From: a virus
Taxonomy: Duplodnaviria; Caudoviricetes
Reading direction: 5' to 3' (one strand)
IMG/VR virus record: IMGVR_UViG_3300021233_000039
Span: 1 to 37,671 of that record
Length of the DNA: 37,671 nt
Part shown: piece after piece, positions 8,752-18,671 of the stretch
How positions within the stretch are numbered: the stretch's first letter is position 1
Layout of the letters: every line of letters starts with the position of its first letter
The notes under the pieces: generated by a model
Database searches by the model: none
Seen by the model: the letters and a program-made list of their open reading frames with translations, nothing else
What the model was told of the DNA's origin: nothing
Program-made: the position numbers and the translations under genes

Positions 8752-10232
8752 CGCCTGCCACCTGCTGTAGCCTCTAGGCGCATGACGCCAATTCTCCAGT
8801 CCGACAATGTATTCCCAGATACCTTAACCTCAACCTGGCGCCCAGAAAACCGCACGCTTGTTGGATTGGCAGCCGAATAAGGTCCAAATGTCGATTCTGC
8901 TCCAGTAGGGTAAAACCTAGAAGTAAACGAAACTACAGCCTCACCTAAGGTCTGCTCGTCTGGGATTACCTGTTTTACATTCATTATGTTCTCGCCAGTA
9001 CCCAGCTCAATAGGACCAGATTGCGCGTACAAGGTGGCTGAGTCGTAAGCAAAGCCAACCTCATGCTCATAAATATAGCCACTAGAGTCAACCATTAATG
9101 GGTATGTAAATACTCCAGAGTCTGTACCAGCCAGGCGTGACAAAGTTCCAATATTCCAATGCCCTTCCCTGTAGTTGTAAATTACATAAGAGTCGTTCTC
9201 ATTGGAGTCATTTGATGGATAAAACCACCAAATTTCGCCAAACTTACTATTGTGGACGGCATAAACCTTCGACTTTTGAGTCATATTCATGTCGCTAAAT
9301 ATGTAGTCGGAAACATCGCACGGAAGTGGCTTGACGTATCCGTCATAAATCCAAAAGCCGCTACTACTCATCCAAATAGCAGCGGTGTCGATGGCAGCAA
9401 CAGATTGCGCAGAAATCAATCCGCAGCCACTTCCAGCCTTCTCAAAACCATAAACAAATGGCGCTCCAGTGTATTGGGCGATATGCACATCAACGTCAGT
9501 AAATAGTAAGTTAACGCCCTTGACGCGCTTACCTGCAAGTAAGTTTCCTGGTGTGGCCAACTCGTAATCACCCGCCAGATTATCAATGGCAGCAGTCCAA
9601 ACCGTATTGTTTTCTTGATCTGACCAGGCCACCTTACGCGGGTTCCCTCCAGCACCTAAAGCAAACACAATCCTGTCAGCAGTCACCATTACCGCCTTGC
9701 ATCCTGTTGGAGCATTAGTGATGGCCGCTGCTAGTGTTGGAGTTGTAAACCCCAACTGCCACTCATAAAGTTTGCCATCTGCGCTTGAACATCCAACAAG
9801 GTACTCACCCCAAGTATCTAATGACCAGGTTGTTGCACTTGTGATATTGCCCAAATCAGGACGTTGCACCCCATAAGCAAAACTGCCGTATGTGGCATAG
9901 CCATAACCAGTTAAGACGCTGGCGTCAGCAATACCAGAAGTCAGACCTGTAGGCGTGATGTCCTTTAAAGTGCCTGATTCATTCATAACGTAAAGATTTG
10001 AATGCGTACCAGCGGCAATCCATCGATTGTTGCTGTTGTCTCTCCAGGTAATCAAACCTCGACATTTGCCACTCATTGCAGTCTGACTAGCAAAACGTTT
10101 GCGCCAACCATTGATTGGACGCATGGTATTTTCATACCAGCGCACTAAATTCGCGTCATACCAGCGCCCAGATGACTGGTACTCAGTTCCGTTGCGATAA
10201 ATTCCTGGAGGGATTTTTAAAGGTATGTACAT
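8748..10232 (-). CDS. Tail nozzle / tail tubular protein B (P22 gp10-like packaged-DNA stabilisation protein)
   Basis: About 494 aa from MYIPLKIPPG; beta-propeller-like and Trp-rich. The start was moved to the internal ATG to avoid overlap. Confidence 0.75.
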   Translation of the reverse strand: MYIPLKIPPGIYRNGTEYQSSGRWYDANLVRWYENTMRPINGWRKRFASQTAMSGKCRGLITWRDNSNNRWIAAGTHSNLYVMNESGTLKDITPTGLTSGIADASVLTGYGYATYGSFAYGVQRPDLGNITSATTWSLDTWGEYLVGCSSADGKLYEWQLGFTTPTLAAAITNAPTGCKAVMVTADRIVFALGAGGNPRKVAWSDQENNTVWTAAIDNLAGDYELATPGNLLAGKRVKGVNLLFTDVDVHIAQYTGAPFVYGFEKAGSGCGLISAQSVAAIDTAAIWMSSSGFWIYDGYVKPLPCDVSDYIFSDMNMTQKSKVYAVHNSKFGEIWWFYPSNDSNENDSYVIYNYREGHWNIGTLSRLAGTDSGVFTYPLMVDSSGYIYEHEVGFAYDSATLYAQSGPIELGTGENIMNVKQVIPDEQTLGEAVVSFTSRFYPTGAESTFGPYSAANPTSVRFSGRQVEVKVSGNTLSDWRIGVMRLEATAGGRR

Positions 10233-10239
10233 AGCGTTC

Positions 10240-10878
10240 TCATATTGTGTTTGACACAAATTGCATTGTCGCAATCAGCGACGCGGTTGATGGATAGTTA
10301 GATGCTGCCGCGTATGATTGAATAACCACAGTGGTGCTATCAGTTTCCCACCAAAGCTCAATGTAATCATTGGCGTTAAGTGATATGTAATAGTTCCATC
10401 CAACTATTGCATGGCCATTAATTGTTCCATGCTTGGACGGAATACTTGCAAATCCAGTGGAGCCAGTTAGGTTTGTTCCATTGACTTTAATCCATACCCT
10501 TACGTCATGGTCCTGGCTGTCGGAGTTCTCAAATTGTCCAGACCATTGAAGGTTATAAATTCCAGAGTCTGATACTGTAATTTGAGAATTGTTTACAACA
10601 GACACTCCATTAGAGTAATCAGGTGTATTAAATGTCATTGCATATGCAGTAGCAATAGCCGCCGCAGTTTGATCCACAGTGCTTTCAAATGCACCATAAG
10701 GCGCATTTATATACCTACTACCTCTCACTCCGAATATGGAGCCAAGTACAGCAGTCAGCCTTTTAAAGTAAGTATTTAGCGATCCATTGGACTCATTGAA
10801 ATTACGACGCTCGTATTCCTCTGGTGGATACGCCAGATTGGGAGGGGCTGGAGTCTCAAGTTTTTGCTGTATGGCCAT
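10240..10878 (-). CDS. Tail needle/spike protein with a C1q/TNF-like head domain
   Basis: Short N-terminal coil followed by ITVSDSGIYNLQWSGQF...LNANDYIELWW beta-sandwich pattern. Confidence 0.55.
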   Translation of the reverse strand: MAIQQKLETPAPPNLAYPPEEYERRNFNESNGSLNTYFKRLTAVLGSIFGVRGSRYINAPYGAFESTVDQTAAAIATAYAMTFNTPDYSNGVSVVNNSQITVSDSGIYNLQWSGQFENSDSQDHDVRVWIKVNGTNLTGSTGFASIPSKHGTINGHAIVGWNYYISLNANDYIELWWETDSTTVVIQSYAAASNYPSTASLIATMQFVSNTI

Positions 10879-10896
10879 GGTTTTATTGTGCCACCA

Positions 10897-11373
10897 TTAG
10901 GACAAAAATAGGACGCGCTCATCTTTACGCCGATTCTGCAAACCCTTTAGAGGCTTGCCTCCAGCCAGGCAATACTTCAAAAACTCGTCCGCAGCGCCTT
11001 CCATATCCCCTCGTAGCACCTTCTGGCGCAGCGTACTACGCTGGAGTGTTCCAAGGCCCACGTTAAAAGAAAAGCTGACAAGGCCATCAAACTGACCTTG
11101 TGTAAGAGCAACAGGACAGAATCGTTCCACACCACGCTCAAATCGCTCCAGGTCTGCTGCAAGAATTGCATTGACTTCCTCCATACTCCACTGTCGATCA
11201 TCTTCCTGGCGCAGAGGAAACCCGTCACGCTCATCGAGTTTTAAGCGCCCTTGATCTGGATAGAGTACGTGCCCAACGCCAATTGTCCAAAGCCTGGCAG
11301 GACAACGATACGGGCGCTGTCGTACACCCTCATGGTGCTTGATGACGCCAAGGGCTTTGTCCGAGACGTTCAT
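10897..11373 (-). CDS. Endolysin, phage lysozyme (GH24)
   Basis: HEG-x-R-x-x-PY-x-C-x4-WTIGVGH catalytic region; QGQFDGLVSFSFNVG; GLQNRRKDE. Confidence 0.92.
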   Translation of the reverse strand: MNVSDKALGVIKHHEGVRQRPYRCPARLWTIGVGHVLYPDQGRLKLDERDGFPLRQEDDRQWSMEEVNAILAADLERFERGVERFCPVALTQGQFDGLVSFSFNVGLGTLQRSTLRQKVLRGDMEGAADEFLKYCLAGGKPLKGLQNRRKDERVLFLS

Positions 11374-11885
11374 TTTCCGAAAGCTCTGCCGCCAAAGTGG
11401 AAGGCAATGATGCTGGCAAACAAGGCCTGAGTGTTACTGTTCCACAGCTTCTCAGCCAGATCTGGGAATGCAACACCGTGGTTGTAGCCATAAATAAACA
11501 GACCGGCATCCACAAACACCAGCAGGAAGAAGAATCCCAGAGTGATAAAAGAACGAACACCAGCACGAAGATTTTTCATCCACTGGCTTGTGCCGTCATT
11601 GAGTGATTCATCGTGCTTGTAAATGGCTTCCATCTCAGCCGTCTGGGCATTTATAAGATTCTCCGTGGCTTTGGCAGTGGTTTCTAATTCCAACTGCTGG
11701 CTGTGTATCTGCTCAATACGCTCTTGAGCTTCAAATCCTGCTTTACGAAGCTCCAGCTCCCGTTCAATCTGCATAGCAGCCAGGGCCAGCTCGTGCTTCT
11801 TGTCATTGCGATCCTGGAAGAAGTCCAACAGCTTGGGCAGGCCACCCATAAGAAAGGATATTAAGGTCGAAAGAATCGTCAGCAT
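11370..11885 (-). CDS. Holin-like membrane protein
   Basis: N-terminal hydrophobic helix, coiled coil and two C-terminal TM segments ending in FHFGGR; coupled to the lysozyme gene. Confidence 0.7.
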   Translation of the reverse strand: MLTILSTLISFLMGGLPKLLDFFQDRNDKKHELALAAMQIERELELRKAGFEAQERIEQIHSQQLELETTAKATENLINAQTAEMEAIYKHDESLNDGTSQWMKNLRAGVRSFITLGFFFLLVFVDAGLFIYGYNHGVAFPDLAEKLWNSNTQALFASIIAFHFGGRAFGK

Positions 11886-12356
11886 TTATTTCTCCATCAA
11901 AAGTGTTAGCCACCAAATACACATACTCAATAGCAAGATAGCTAATGCACCGCCAATCAACCAGGTAATCAACTCGTCTATTTCTTCCTTGCGCTTTTTC
12001 GCGTGCTTCTCTGCAAGTATTTCCTCAGTCTTGCGTTTCTGAATGATGTTGTTTCGCTCAACCAGCAATTGCTGCCATAGGTCAGCATGGCCACTCATCA
12101 CCATCCAATTGTTTAACTCTCTTTCAGCATCTGCCAATTGCTTGGCCTGCATCACTATCTCAAAAGCCTGCGCTGTATCCGATTTAGCAAAATTACTCTT
12201 GGGCTGTGATGCAGCTTTTTGGACTACATCCTTTGCCTCGAAAAACTTCATCATCTCGCCACCAATGGCGTGGATGTCCTTCCCCATCTTGATGGCTGCC
12301 TGCACGCCTTTTATAGCGGCCTGGGCAGTCGCAAAGGCGGTAACAGGATCTATCAT
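11886..12356 (-). CDS. Lysis-cassette membrane-anchored coiled-coil protein
   Basis: MIDPVTAFATAQAA N-terminus and a C-terminal TM helix. Confidence 0.65.
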   Translation of the reverse strand: MIDPVTAFATAQAAIKGVQAAIKMGKDIHAIGGEMMKFFEAKDVVQKAASQPKSNFAKSDTAQAFEIVMQAKQLADAERELNNWMVMSGHADLWQQLLVERNNIIQKRKTEEILAEKHAKKRKEEIDELITWLIGGALAILLLSMCIWWLTLLMEK

Positions 12357-12523
12357 TTTCCATGAGTTAAAAATGTAACTACTACACCACCCATCCCAAT
12401 CAACAAAGCAGCAACTGCATTCATAATCACCTTTTCAAGTCTTTTAAGACGGGCATTGATCTGATCATAACGCTCGGCACAAACTGCCTCATGCGAATTT
12501 AGACGTGCTTCTACTTCGGTCAT
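12353..12523 (-). CDS. Small coiled-coil + TM protein (56 aa; XhlA/holin-like), not in the ORF track
   Basis: Hand translation gives MTEVEARLNSHEAVCAERYDQINARLKRLEKVIMNAVAALLIGMGGVVVTFLTHGK; ATGA overlap with the next gene. Confidence 0.8.
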   Translation of the reverse strand: MTEVEARLNSHEAVCAERYDQINARLKRLEKVIMNAVAALLIGMGGVVVTFLTHGK

Positions 12524-12524
12524 A

Positions 12525-13817
12525 TTATTCAAACATTAAAAAGAAATTAGAGGCTCCGCTACTAAAAAGCCAACCAGTATTGTTACCAGCATTAATATTA
12601 CCAGAGGCAGTAGCATCAAATACCGCTCCGCCAGTTGCATTTGAATCTTTAATTGAAACAGCTGTAACTTGTACTATACCGCTTGCACATGATAATGTTG
12701 CTTGACTTCCTGCTACAGTGCTTTGTAAATATTTAAGGGTAGTATCACCTAAATCACTAAAACTACCTATAGTATTTGTAGTTCCTGATGTAAATTTAAT
12801 TGTTGAACCACTTGCAGAAGTCCACTGCAAACTTCTTGTTGAGCCTAAAGTTAATGCGTCAACAAAAACAACAATACAGGAACCAAAAATACCTAATGGA
12901 AAATCTAGTGTTTTTCCGTTGGTTGTTATAGTTTGAGTTCCACTAGTAGCACGAAGTGATAAACGAGAAGTTGATGCTGTCAAAGTCATCCCAGTTGATA
13001 ACGTCAAATTTCCGTAAATGGAGCAAGTTGATACGGCATTCCATGTGCCAGCAAATCCAGTAAAACTTACATTTTTTGCAACGTGTGATGCCGTTCCAAG
13101 AAATGTTAGTGCATAAGTACCACCCGTAAAATTAAAACTGATTGTGCTTGCTTCAGTTATAAAAACCCCAGGATTAACTGTAATTGCCGTAGACCCAGAG
13201 CTAGTTACATTAACAACAGGCGTTCCTGTTATGGTTAATCCTGTAGTAGTTGCAGTAGTCCAAACAGTACCTGTGCCAGAACATACAAAATTACCTGTGC
13301 CAAAAGAAATTGTGCGAGTGTTTGAATTAGCACTAGAAAAGGTTGTTGTAGTGTAAGTAAACGTAGAAAGCGCAAGCGTTCCATTAGTAAGAGTAGTCGT
13401 GCTTGAAGTAGTTAATGCGCCACCAAGAGTCCAGCCACCTCCAACTCCGTTAAATACCATAGCGCCTGACAATGAGACGCCATTAGTGGTAACTGTTTTT
13501 CCAGTAGTGGTTGCGTTAAATGTAATAGCGCCAGTGGCTGACCATACTGTTGCGGCCACCAAACTCATGCTGCCACTAATTGCAAAGGTCGGACTTGTTC
13601 CCGTTGCAAACGTAACCGTTCCAGCAGAAACCGTTATATCCAGGCAAGTTAAAGCACCCGTACAAGTAACGGTATAGGTCGTTGCCTGGTCAAAGAAAAC
13701 AGAGTCAGAAGCAGTTGGCACAGACGCGCCACTAGCGCCGCCAGAAGATGCGCTCCAGTTCGTGGTGGAGCTTGTGTTCCACGTACCAGCGCCACCAACC
13801 CAATAACGATTTGCCAT
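12525..13817 (-). CDS. Thr/Ser/Gly-rich beta-helical tail fibre/adhesin-like protein
   Basis: MANRYWVGGAGTW start; internal repeat (ITTNGKT/VTTNGVS); almost no charged residues. Confidence 0.7.
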   Translation of the reverse strand: MANRYWVGGAGTWNTSSTTNWSASSGGASGASVPTASDSVFFDQATTYTVTCTGALTCLDITVSAGTVTFATGTSPTFAISGSMSLVAATVWSATGAITFNATTTGKTVTTNGVSLSGAMVFNGVGGGWTLGGALTTSSTTTLTNGTLALSTFTYTTTTFSSANSNTRTISFGTGNFVCSGTGTVWTTATTTGLTITGTPVVNVTSSGSTAITVNPGVFITEASTISFNFTGGTYALTFLGTASHVAKNVSFTGFAGTWNAVSTCSIYGNLTLSTGMTLTASTSRLSLRATSGTQTITTNGKTLDFPLGIFGSCIVVFVDALTLGSTRSLQWTSASGSTIKFTSGTTNTIGSFSDLGDTTLKYLQSTVAGSQATLSCASGIVQVTAVSIKDSNATGGAVFDATASGNINAGNNTGWLFSSGASNFFLMFE

Positions 13818-13820
13818 GCT

Positions 13821-14003
13821 TTACTCCGTAATGGTCTCTGATGTATCGACAGGAGGGTTTAAGATAAAAGCGATCCAATTGTCCAATCGCTGTTGCTTCA
13901 TAGCGCTTAAATCTTCTTCACTAAATCCGTGATCATCAGGAAGCACCAGGGCATCACGAAATACGCCGTATTGCGTGTCAAATTCAAATTCAATACTTAC
14001 CAT
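13821..14003 (-). CDS. Small acidic protein (60 aa), possible fibre chaperone
   Basis: Internal ATG (MVSIEFEF...) with an AAGGGG RBS. Confidence 0.6.
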   Translation of the reverse strand: MVSIEFEFDTQYGVFRDALVLPDDHGFSEEDLSAMKQQRLDNWIAFILNPPVDTSETITE

Positions 14004-14013
14004 GCTATGCCCC

Positions 14014-14589
14014 TTATGCTTGCGTTGTAACTGCAACTACGTCCCAGCGTGAGTTTGTGGCGTTGTAGATGCATCCAACGTAAATCATCTTATTGGCTGT
14101 AGTAGCAGTTGGCAATGTAACGCCTATGGCGGTATAGGTAGCATTCCACGATATGGCCCTAGTCGTCCCATTGTCCAAAATGCGGATAATTAATTTGTTC
14201 CCATTTACAGGAGTTCCTGTAGGAGCTGCGACAGTCAGCGTTGCAGCTTGAGCAGTTAGGCTGTACTGGTCATAAGAGGAGATATCAGGCGTCAGGGTTG
14301 ACGTTGATGTCGTCGTTGATGTTCTTGGATTTATCCTGGTTGAAGCAATTGCAGTAGCGCTTAGATTGGTGCCATCAAAACTAAGAGCACTTCCAGTGGT
14401 CTGCTTCTTTGTGGCATTTAGATAAACCACTCCATTGGCAGTTCCACCAACAGCAGTACCAGTACCGTCGTTCTTAAACACCCCGTCAATGGTGTCTAAA
14501 TCGGAATTGATTTTTGTTCCCCAGGTGTCGGTTGATGCACCAACTTCTGGCTTAGTCAGCAATAGGTTTGTGGTTGTCGTATCTGCCAT
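14014..14589 (-). CDS. Tail fibre protein (N-terminal anchor)
   Basis: [28 protein letters not shown] is a typical fibre N-terminus; GAGG RBS. Confidence 0.7.
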   Translation of the reverse strand: MADTTTTNLLLTKPEVGASTDTWGTKINSDLDTIDGVFKNDGTGTAVGGTANGVVYLNATKKQTTGSALSFDGTNLSATAIASTRINPRTSTTTSTSTLTPDISSYDQYSLTAQAATLTVAAPTGTPVNGNKLIIRILDNGTTRAISWNATYTAIGVTLPTATTANKMIYVGCIYNATNSRWDVVAVTTQA

Positions 14590-14598
14590 GATTTACTC

Positions 14599-15696
14599 CT
14601 AGATAGGCGTCCAAGTGGTTGACCCGTCTGCTACTGGTGTCCAGGTGTCAGGCGTGTCGTCAATATTTGTCCAGTTGTATGAATTATCGCTTGAATTTGT
14701 CCAAATGGCATTGGTATCAGACTCAGGGTCCCAGCTCTCAGCAGTGTCGGACTCAGGCTCCCAAAGTAGACGCTGTGAGATTAAATCTGTAATGAATTCG
14801 TATTCGTTAACCTGCGCTACAAAAGAAAGACCAGACAATAAATCTTCTTGAGCAGTGCAATCCTCTTGCAATTGACCAATAAGGATTGCCAACGTAGACA
14901 AGAAATCTTCCGCACTAAGTGCTTCCAATGATTCTGCCAACAAAATTGCAGTTGCCGATTGCACGTCATCAGCAGTTAAAGTTTGGTCTACTTGTACGTT
15001 ATATTGGAGTAGTGACGTACTCGAATCTGAGGCTGAATTTGCTTCACTTAGTGAAACAACAAGATTAAGTAAATTGCTTAAATTGTCTGCCGCAGATAAA
15101 GAATCAGATGCGGATGCTACGGCAGTTAATGTATTTGCAAGCGCATCTGATGCTGACAAAGAATCGCTAAAACTTACTGGCGCGACAATAAGACCAATCT
15201 GGCTATCTTGAGTTGTAATGCTCTCAGATACAGACGCTAAAAATGACAATGAAGAATCTATAGAATCAGAGGATGATGCTGATTCAGAAGCAAAAGATAT
15301 TGCTACAAAACTACCTAGCTGGCTATCTGAAGCAGTAACTGTTTCTGAAAGAGATGCTACTGCTGTAAGAATATTGGATTGAGTGTCTATAAACGCTAAT
15401 GGCTCGTCCTGCTGAGAAACCAGTGTCGCAATATTAGACGAAGCATCAGATGCTGATAGTGAGTCGCTTAATGACTTTTCAAAAGTAACTATTTGCGTTG
15501 TTGATTCAGAAGAGGATACAGAATCACTTAACGAAGATGAGTAACTTAATCCAGGAAGTAAATCATCAAACGTGTTGTATCCATATTTCCCAGATCCATA
15601 AAACGCCGACCCGTAGCCACCCTCTGAAACGCCTACAAAATAAGTATTTGCAGATAGAGAGCTAAATGGCGCGCCAAATGGTGATATTCCAAACAT
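14599..15696 (-). CDS. Highly acidic Ser/Asp-rich repeat virion protein
   Basis: Recurrent S(L/F)SDSLSASD units and C-terminal Trp every 10 residues. Confidence 0.65.
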   Translation of the reverse strand: MFGISPFGAPFSSLSANTYFVGVSEGGYGSAFYGSGKYGYNTFDDLLPGLSYSSSLSDSVSSSESTTQIVTFEKSLSDSLSASDASSNIATLVSQQDEPLAFIDTQSNILTAVASLSETVTASDSQLGSFVAISFASESASSSDSIDSSLSFLASVSESITTQDSQIGLIVAPVSFSDSLSASDALANTLTAVASASDSLSAADNLSNLLNLVVSLSEANSASDSSTSLLQYNVQVDQTLTADDVQSATAILLAESLEALSAEDFLSTLAILIGQLQEDCTAQEDLLSGLSFVAQVNEYEFITDLISQRLLWEPESDTAESWDPESDTNAIWTNSSDNSYNWTNIDDTPDTWTPVADGSTTWTPI

Positions 15697-15720
15697 ACAT
15701 TATTTTATGTATAAATAACA

Positions 15721-17151
15721 CTATTGATTTGGAAATGCCTGTTGAGGAGGTGTGAAATTTGCAGTATATCTAGCAACACCTTTGGTTATCCGCAGATTAT
15801 CAATAAAACCATTTAGCGGAGTTGTGCCAGTTCTACTAGCTCCTACATACAAAATATTTGTTTGGTTGAAGTTGTCCGTCACAGCGCCAGCGCTTGTCGC
15901 GTCAGCTACACCATTTAAATAAATCTTTAAGTTACCTGTACCGCTACCAGAACGAACCACCGCAAAGTAATACCATGTACCGGCAGCCAAAGCAGTTGTG
16001 CCGGTTAACGCAGTAGCAGTATAGCTAAATTGAAGTAGATTGCCAGATGTGATTCCAAGGCTCCAACCCGTTGACGCTGCGCCTTTACTGATAATTGCAT
16101 ACGCAACTCCAGCAGTATTAATGTTTACCCAACCTTCAATAGTGAAATTGCCAGCTTCTAACTGCAAACTTGCTGAATTTGCTGCTGTCAACCATGCACC
16201 AGATCCGCTAAACGTCATCGAACCAGTGCCATACTTTAGTTTTGTAAAAGTAGTTTGTGATGTCCCAACAGTTACCAAGTTATTTTTCATTGAATTATCA
16301 ATGATTCCAGCATTATTAAAATTAAGTAATAATGATGTTCCTGATACCGCTGTTAATGGAGCAGTAGGCGGCGTAAAGTTTGCGGTATAAAGTGCTGTAC
16401 CTTTTACCAAACGAACATTTGATAAATAACCAGTGTTATATGTTGGGTCGTTAATTCCACCAATATATTGAGTTCCAGTGGTATTTAAGTTAGTAGACAT
16501 TGTTGTATTAATGTCAGTAACGCCATTTACAAAGCCTTTTAAGGTTGTGCCAGACCTTGAAAACGCAACATGAGTCCATGTATTTAACGGAACAGTAATA
16601 GAGCCATCAATTTGCGTGCCGTTAAAAAATTCTATTTTTAAATTTCCAGCTATTAGGCGTAAACCAGCAGCCCATAAAACAGCTAGAGCTGATGGTCTTG
16701 CGTCTATGATTCCGTAAAAAGAAACAGGATTTGCGGTTGGGTATACCCATGCTTCCAGTGTGAAATCGCCAGTACCTAAAGAAAAAGCCGTTGCCTGAGA
16801 TAACGATAAAAGATCACTTGTACCATTGAAGTAACCACTGCCTCCTTCAACAGTTGTATCGTAAGGAGGAATTGAACCAAAAGGATTTACAGATCCTTGT
16901 GTTGTAGTGCCAATTCTAGTTATTGTGAAATTATTACCACTACTATCAATAAATGTATTATTTTGATATGTATTGATAAGATTTCCATGCAAAAGCAATG
17001 AAACGTTAGACCAATCTGGGTCAATGTTTGGCCAATCTGCTGAATTAACAAGCTGCGATACTTCAGATTGACGCCAAATACCGCCAGCCGCCGCGCTAGA
17101 CGAAGTAGCGGCAGTAGAGGATATGAGTGAACCTTTGTAGCGAGTAGACAT
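15721..17151 (-). CDS. Tandem LamG/concanavalin A-like lectin domain tail protein
   Basis: Two copies of GDFTLEAWVY/GNFTIEGWVN...W(T/Y)(H/Y)xA...GY/F-x-x-N-x-R-x-x-KG-x-A-x-YTANFTPP. Confidence 0.85.
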   Translation of the reverse strand: MSTRYKGSLISSTAATSSSAAAGGIWRQSEVSQLVNSADWPNIDPDWSNVSLLLHGNLINTYQNNTFIDSSGNNFTITRIGTTTQGSVNPFGSIPPYDTTVEGGSGYFNGTSDLLSLSQATAFSLGTGDFTLEAWVYPTANPVSFYGIIDARPSALAVLWAAGLRLIAGNLKIEFFNGTQIDGSITVPLNTWTHVAFSRSGTTLKGFVNGVTDINTTMSTNLNTTGTQYIGGINDPTYNTGYLSNVRLVKGTALYTANFTPPTAPLTAVSGTSLLLNFNNAGIIDNSMKNNLVTVGTSQTTFTKLKYGTGSMTFSGSGAWLTAANSASLQLEAGNFTIEGWVNINTAGVAYAIISKGAASTGWSLGITSGNLLQFSYTATALTGTTALAAGTWYYFAVVRSGSGTGNLKIYLNGVADATSAGAVTDNFNQTNILYVGASRTGTTPLNGFIDNLRITKGVARYTANFTPPQQAFPNQ

Positions 17152-17543
17152 TAGCTGATCGCCTCGTAAGATGTTGTGTAGGCAATAGCGTTTGCAGTTC
17201 CAGAAGTAATTGAGATGGATGTACCCTCTTGCAGGTAAAACGACGTGCTTTTATCCACCACTACAACTGAAGCACCTGCTGGAACAGGCACTTGGTAAAT
17301 GATCGGGTATGCCGTGCCACCGGAAGGCGCTGAACCTTGTGCGACTGCACCATTGGTATAGATTGAAACCGTGGCAGTAGCTGATGTTCCAGTCACGTTT
17401 GCAGCAACTACGTTATCTACCTTGTAAACCGTATTAGAAGATGCAGCATTGGCCAGCAACACTACCGCAGTCGTACCGCTTGGCGTGTAGTATGTGGTGT
17501 TACCTGTAATTGAGCTTATGCTGGTAAGGTTTGGGTTTGCCAT
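17151..17543 (-). CDS. Small beta-sandwich virion protein
   Basis: MANPNL...YLQEG...SYE pattern; TAATG coupling to the LamG gene. Confidence 0.7.
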   Translation of the reverse strand: MANPNLTSISSITGNTTYYTPSGTTAVVLLANAASSNTVYKVDNVVAANVTGTSATATVSIYTNGAVAQGSAPSGGTAYPIIYQVPVPAGASVVVVDKSTSFYLQEGTSISITSGTANAIAYTTSYEAIS

Positions 17544-17552
17544 TACTGTTCC

Positions 17553-17903
17553 TTAGTATCCAAATACCATTGCCATAATTATTGCTTTACCTTCTGGCAC
17601 TGCGGTAGCGGCAGGGTAAGTTACAAACACATTTTTTGTGCCTGCGGAAAAATTAACCAGCGACCCTGAGTTGCTGGAAGAAAGTACGGTGGTCCTGGAC
17701 AGTGTTGTGCCAGATGTTGTGTATGTCCCAATACCAACTTCCCATTCTGTACCAGTCTGAGCTGCTATGGTGTAGTAAGTTGAGTTCCCATTACCAACAG
17801 CAGAGAATGATTGAAAACCAGAAACTGGACCTGCCAATGTAACAGTTCCAGTCCCAGTTGTTTCGGTTGTTTCTTGAACCCTATCGGCTAAGATTAGAGC
17901 CAT
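17553..17903 (-). CDS. Tail-associated protein (MALILADRVQETT family)
   Basis: WEVGIGTY...TLSRTTVLSSSN...FSAGTKNVFVTYPA; GGGGG RBS. Confidence 0.7.
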   Translation of the reverse strand: MALILADRVQETTETTGTGTVTLAGPVSGFQSFSAVGNGNSTYYTIAAQTGTEWEVGIGTYTTSGTTLSRTTVLSSSNSGSLVNFSAGTKNVFVTYPAATAVPEGKAIIMAMVFGY

Positions 17904-17916
17904 AAAACCCCCTTAA

Positions 17917-18090
17917 TTATGTGATTTCTATTTCTTCTTCTTTGAAGAAACGTTCTTGTGAATTATTTTCTTGATCTGTGTAAGAAACGCGAAGAAGCAA
18001 CCTAGCATCACTATCTACAGTTGCACCTTGAACAGTGCCAACCAGGTCTGTATGCTTTACTTTAACGGAATCGCCTGTCGTAAAAGCCAT
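17917..18090 (-). CDS. Small SH3/KOW-like protein (57 aa), not in the ORF track
   Basis: Hand translation gives MAFTTGDSVKVKHTDLVGTVQGATVDSDARLLLRVSYTDQENNSQERFFKEEEIEIT; AAGGA RBS; it fills the gap between genes. Confidence 0.75.
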   Translation of the reverse strand: MAFTTGDSVKVKHTDLVGTVQGATVDSDARLLLRVSYTDQENNSQERFFKEEEIEIT

Positions 18091-18102
18091 GATGTATTTC
18101 CT

Positions 18103-18657
18103 TTAGACAGATGCCGTATAAGTGACGTTTAGGGTATCACCGTTAGCGACAGCACGATTGCCACCACTAAATGATCCAGCAGAATACAAAACTCCAGTGG
18201 TGGTCGCTCGCGCTTGAGTAACTGTTAGCAAAGCGCCTGCAATGGTCGCTGTCGCATTGATACTAAATGATGTAGCAGTGGAGGCCTTAGAGCCAGCAGA
18301 TGCTGAATTCCATGCCACAGTTGCCCGATTAGATCCAGAATAGGCTGTGCTTTCCGTCCAGCCAGCATGAGAGGCCAGGGTATCTGCTGCCGCGTAAGTA
18401 GGCGTAGATGCACCATCTACCAACCCCATATACCAGGTCGCTGTATAAGCAGATCCAGCAAAATATTTATCTAGCAAATCATTTTTGCCAACGGTGACAA
18501 CCAAATTCTCAATGGAGTCAGTCCACTTAACTTGGCCATTTGGTCCAATACATTGAACATCATAGTGGCCAGTTACACCAATGACTTCGCCCATGTAATT
18601 AGATTTAGATACAGAAACGTGAGAAGTTTCTGACAGCTTAATTTTTTCAGATTGCAT
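18103..18657 (-). CDS. Virion/tail structural protein
   Basis: NLVVTVGKN...GDTLNVTY beta-rich pattern; AGGAG RBS. Confidence 0.7.
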   Translation of the reverse strand: MQSEKIKLSETSHVSVSKSNYMGEVIGVTGHYDVQCIGPNGQVKWTDSIENLVVTVGKNDLLDKYFAGSAYTATWYMGLVDGASTPTYAAADTLASHAGWTESTAYSGSNRATVAWNSASAGSKASTATSFSINATATIAGALLTVTQARATTTGVLYSAGSFSGGNRAVANGDTLNVTYTASV

Positions 18658-18671
18658 AAAATACTCCTAAA

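Noticed and set aside
12525-17151. Diversity-generating retroelement or invertible tail-fibre cassette
   Set aside because: No reverse transcriptase, invertase, TR/VR pair or flanking inverted repeats were seen.
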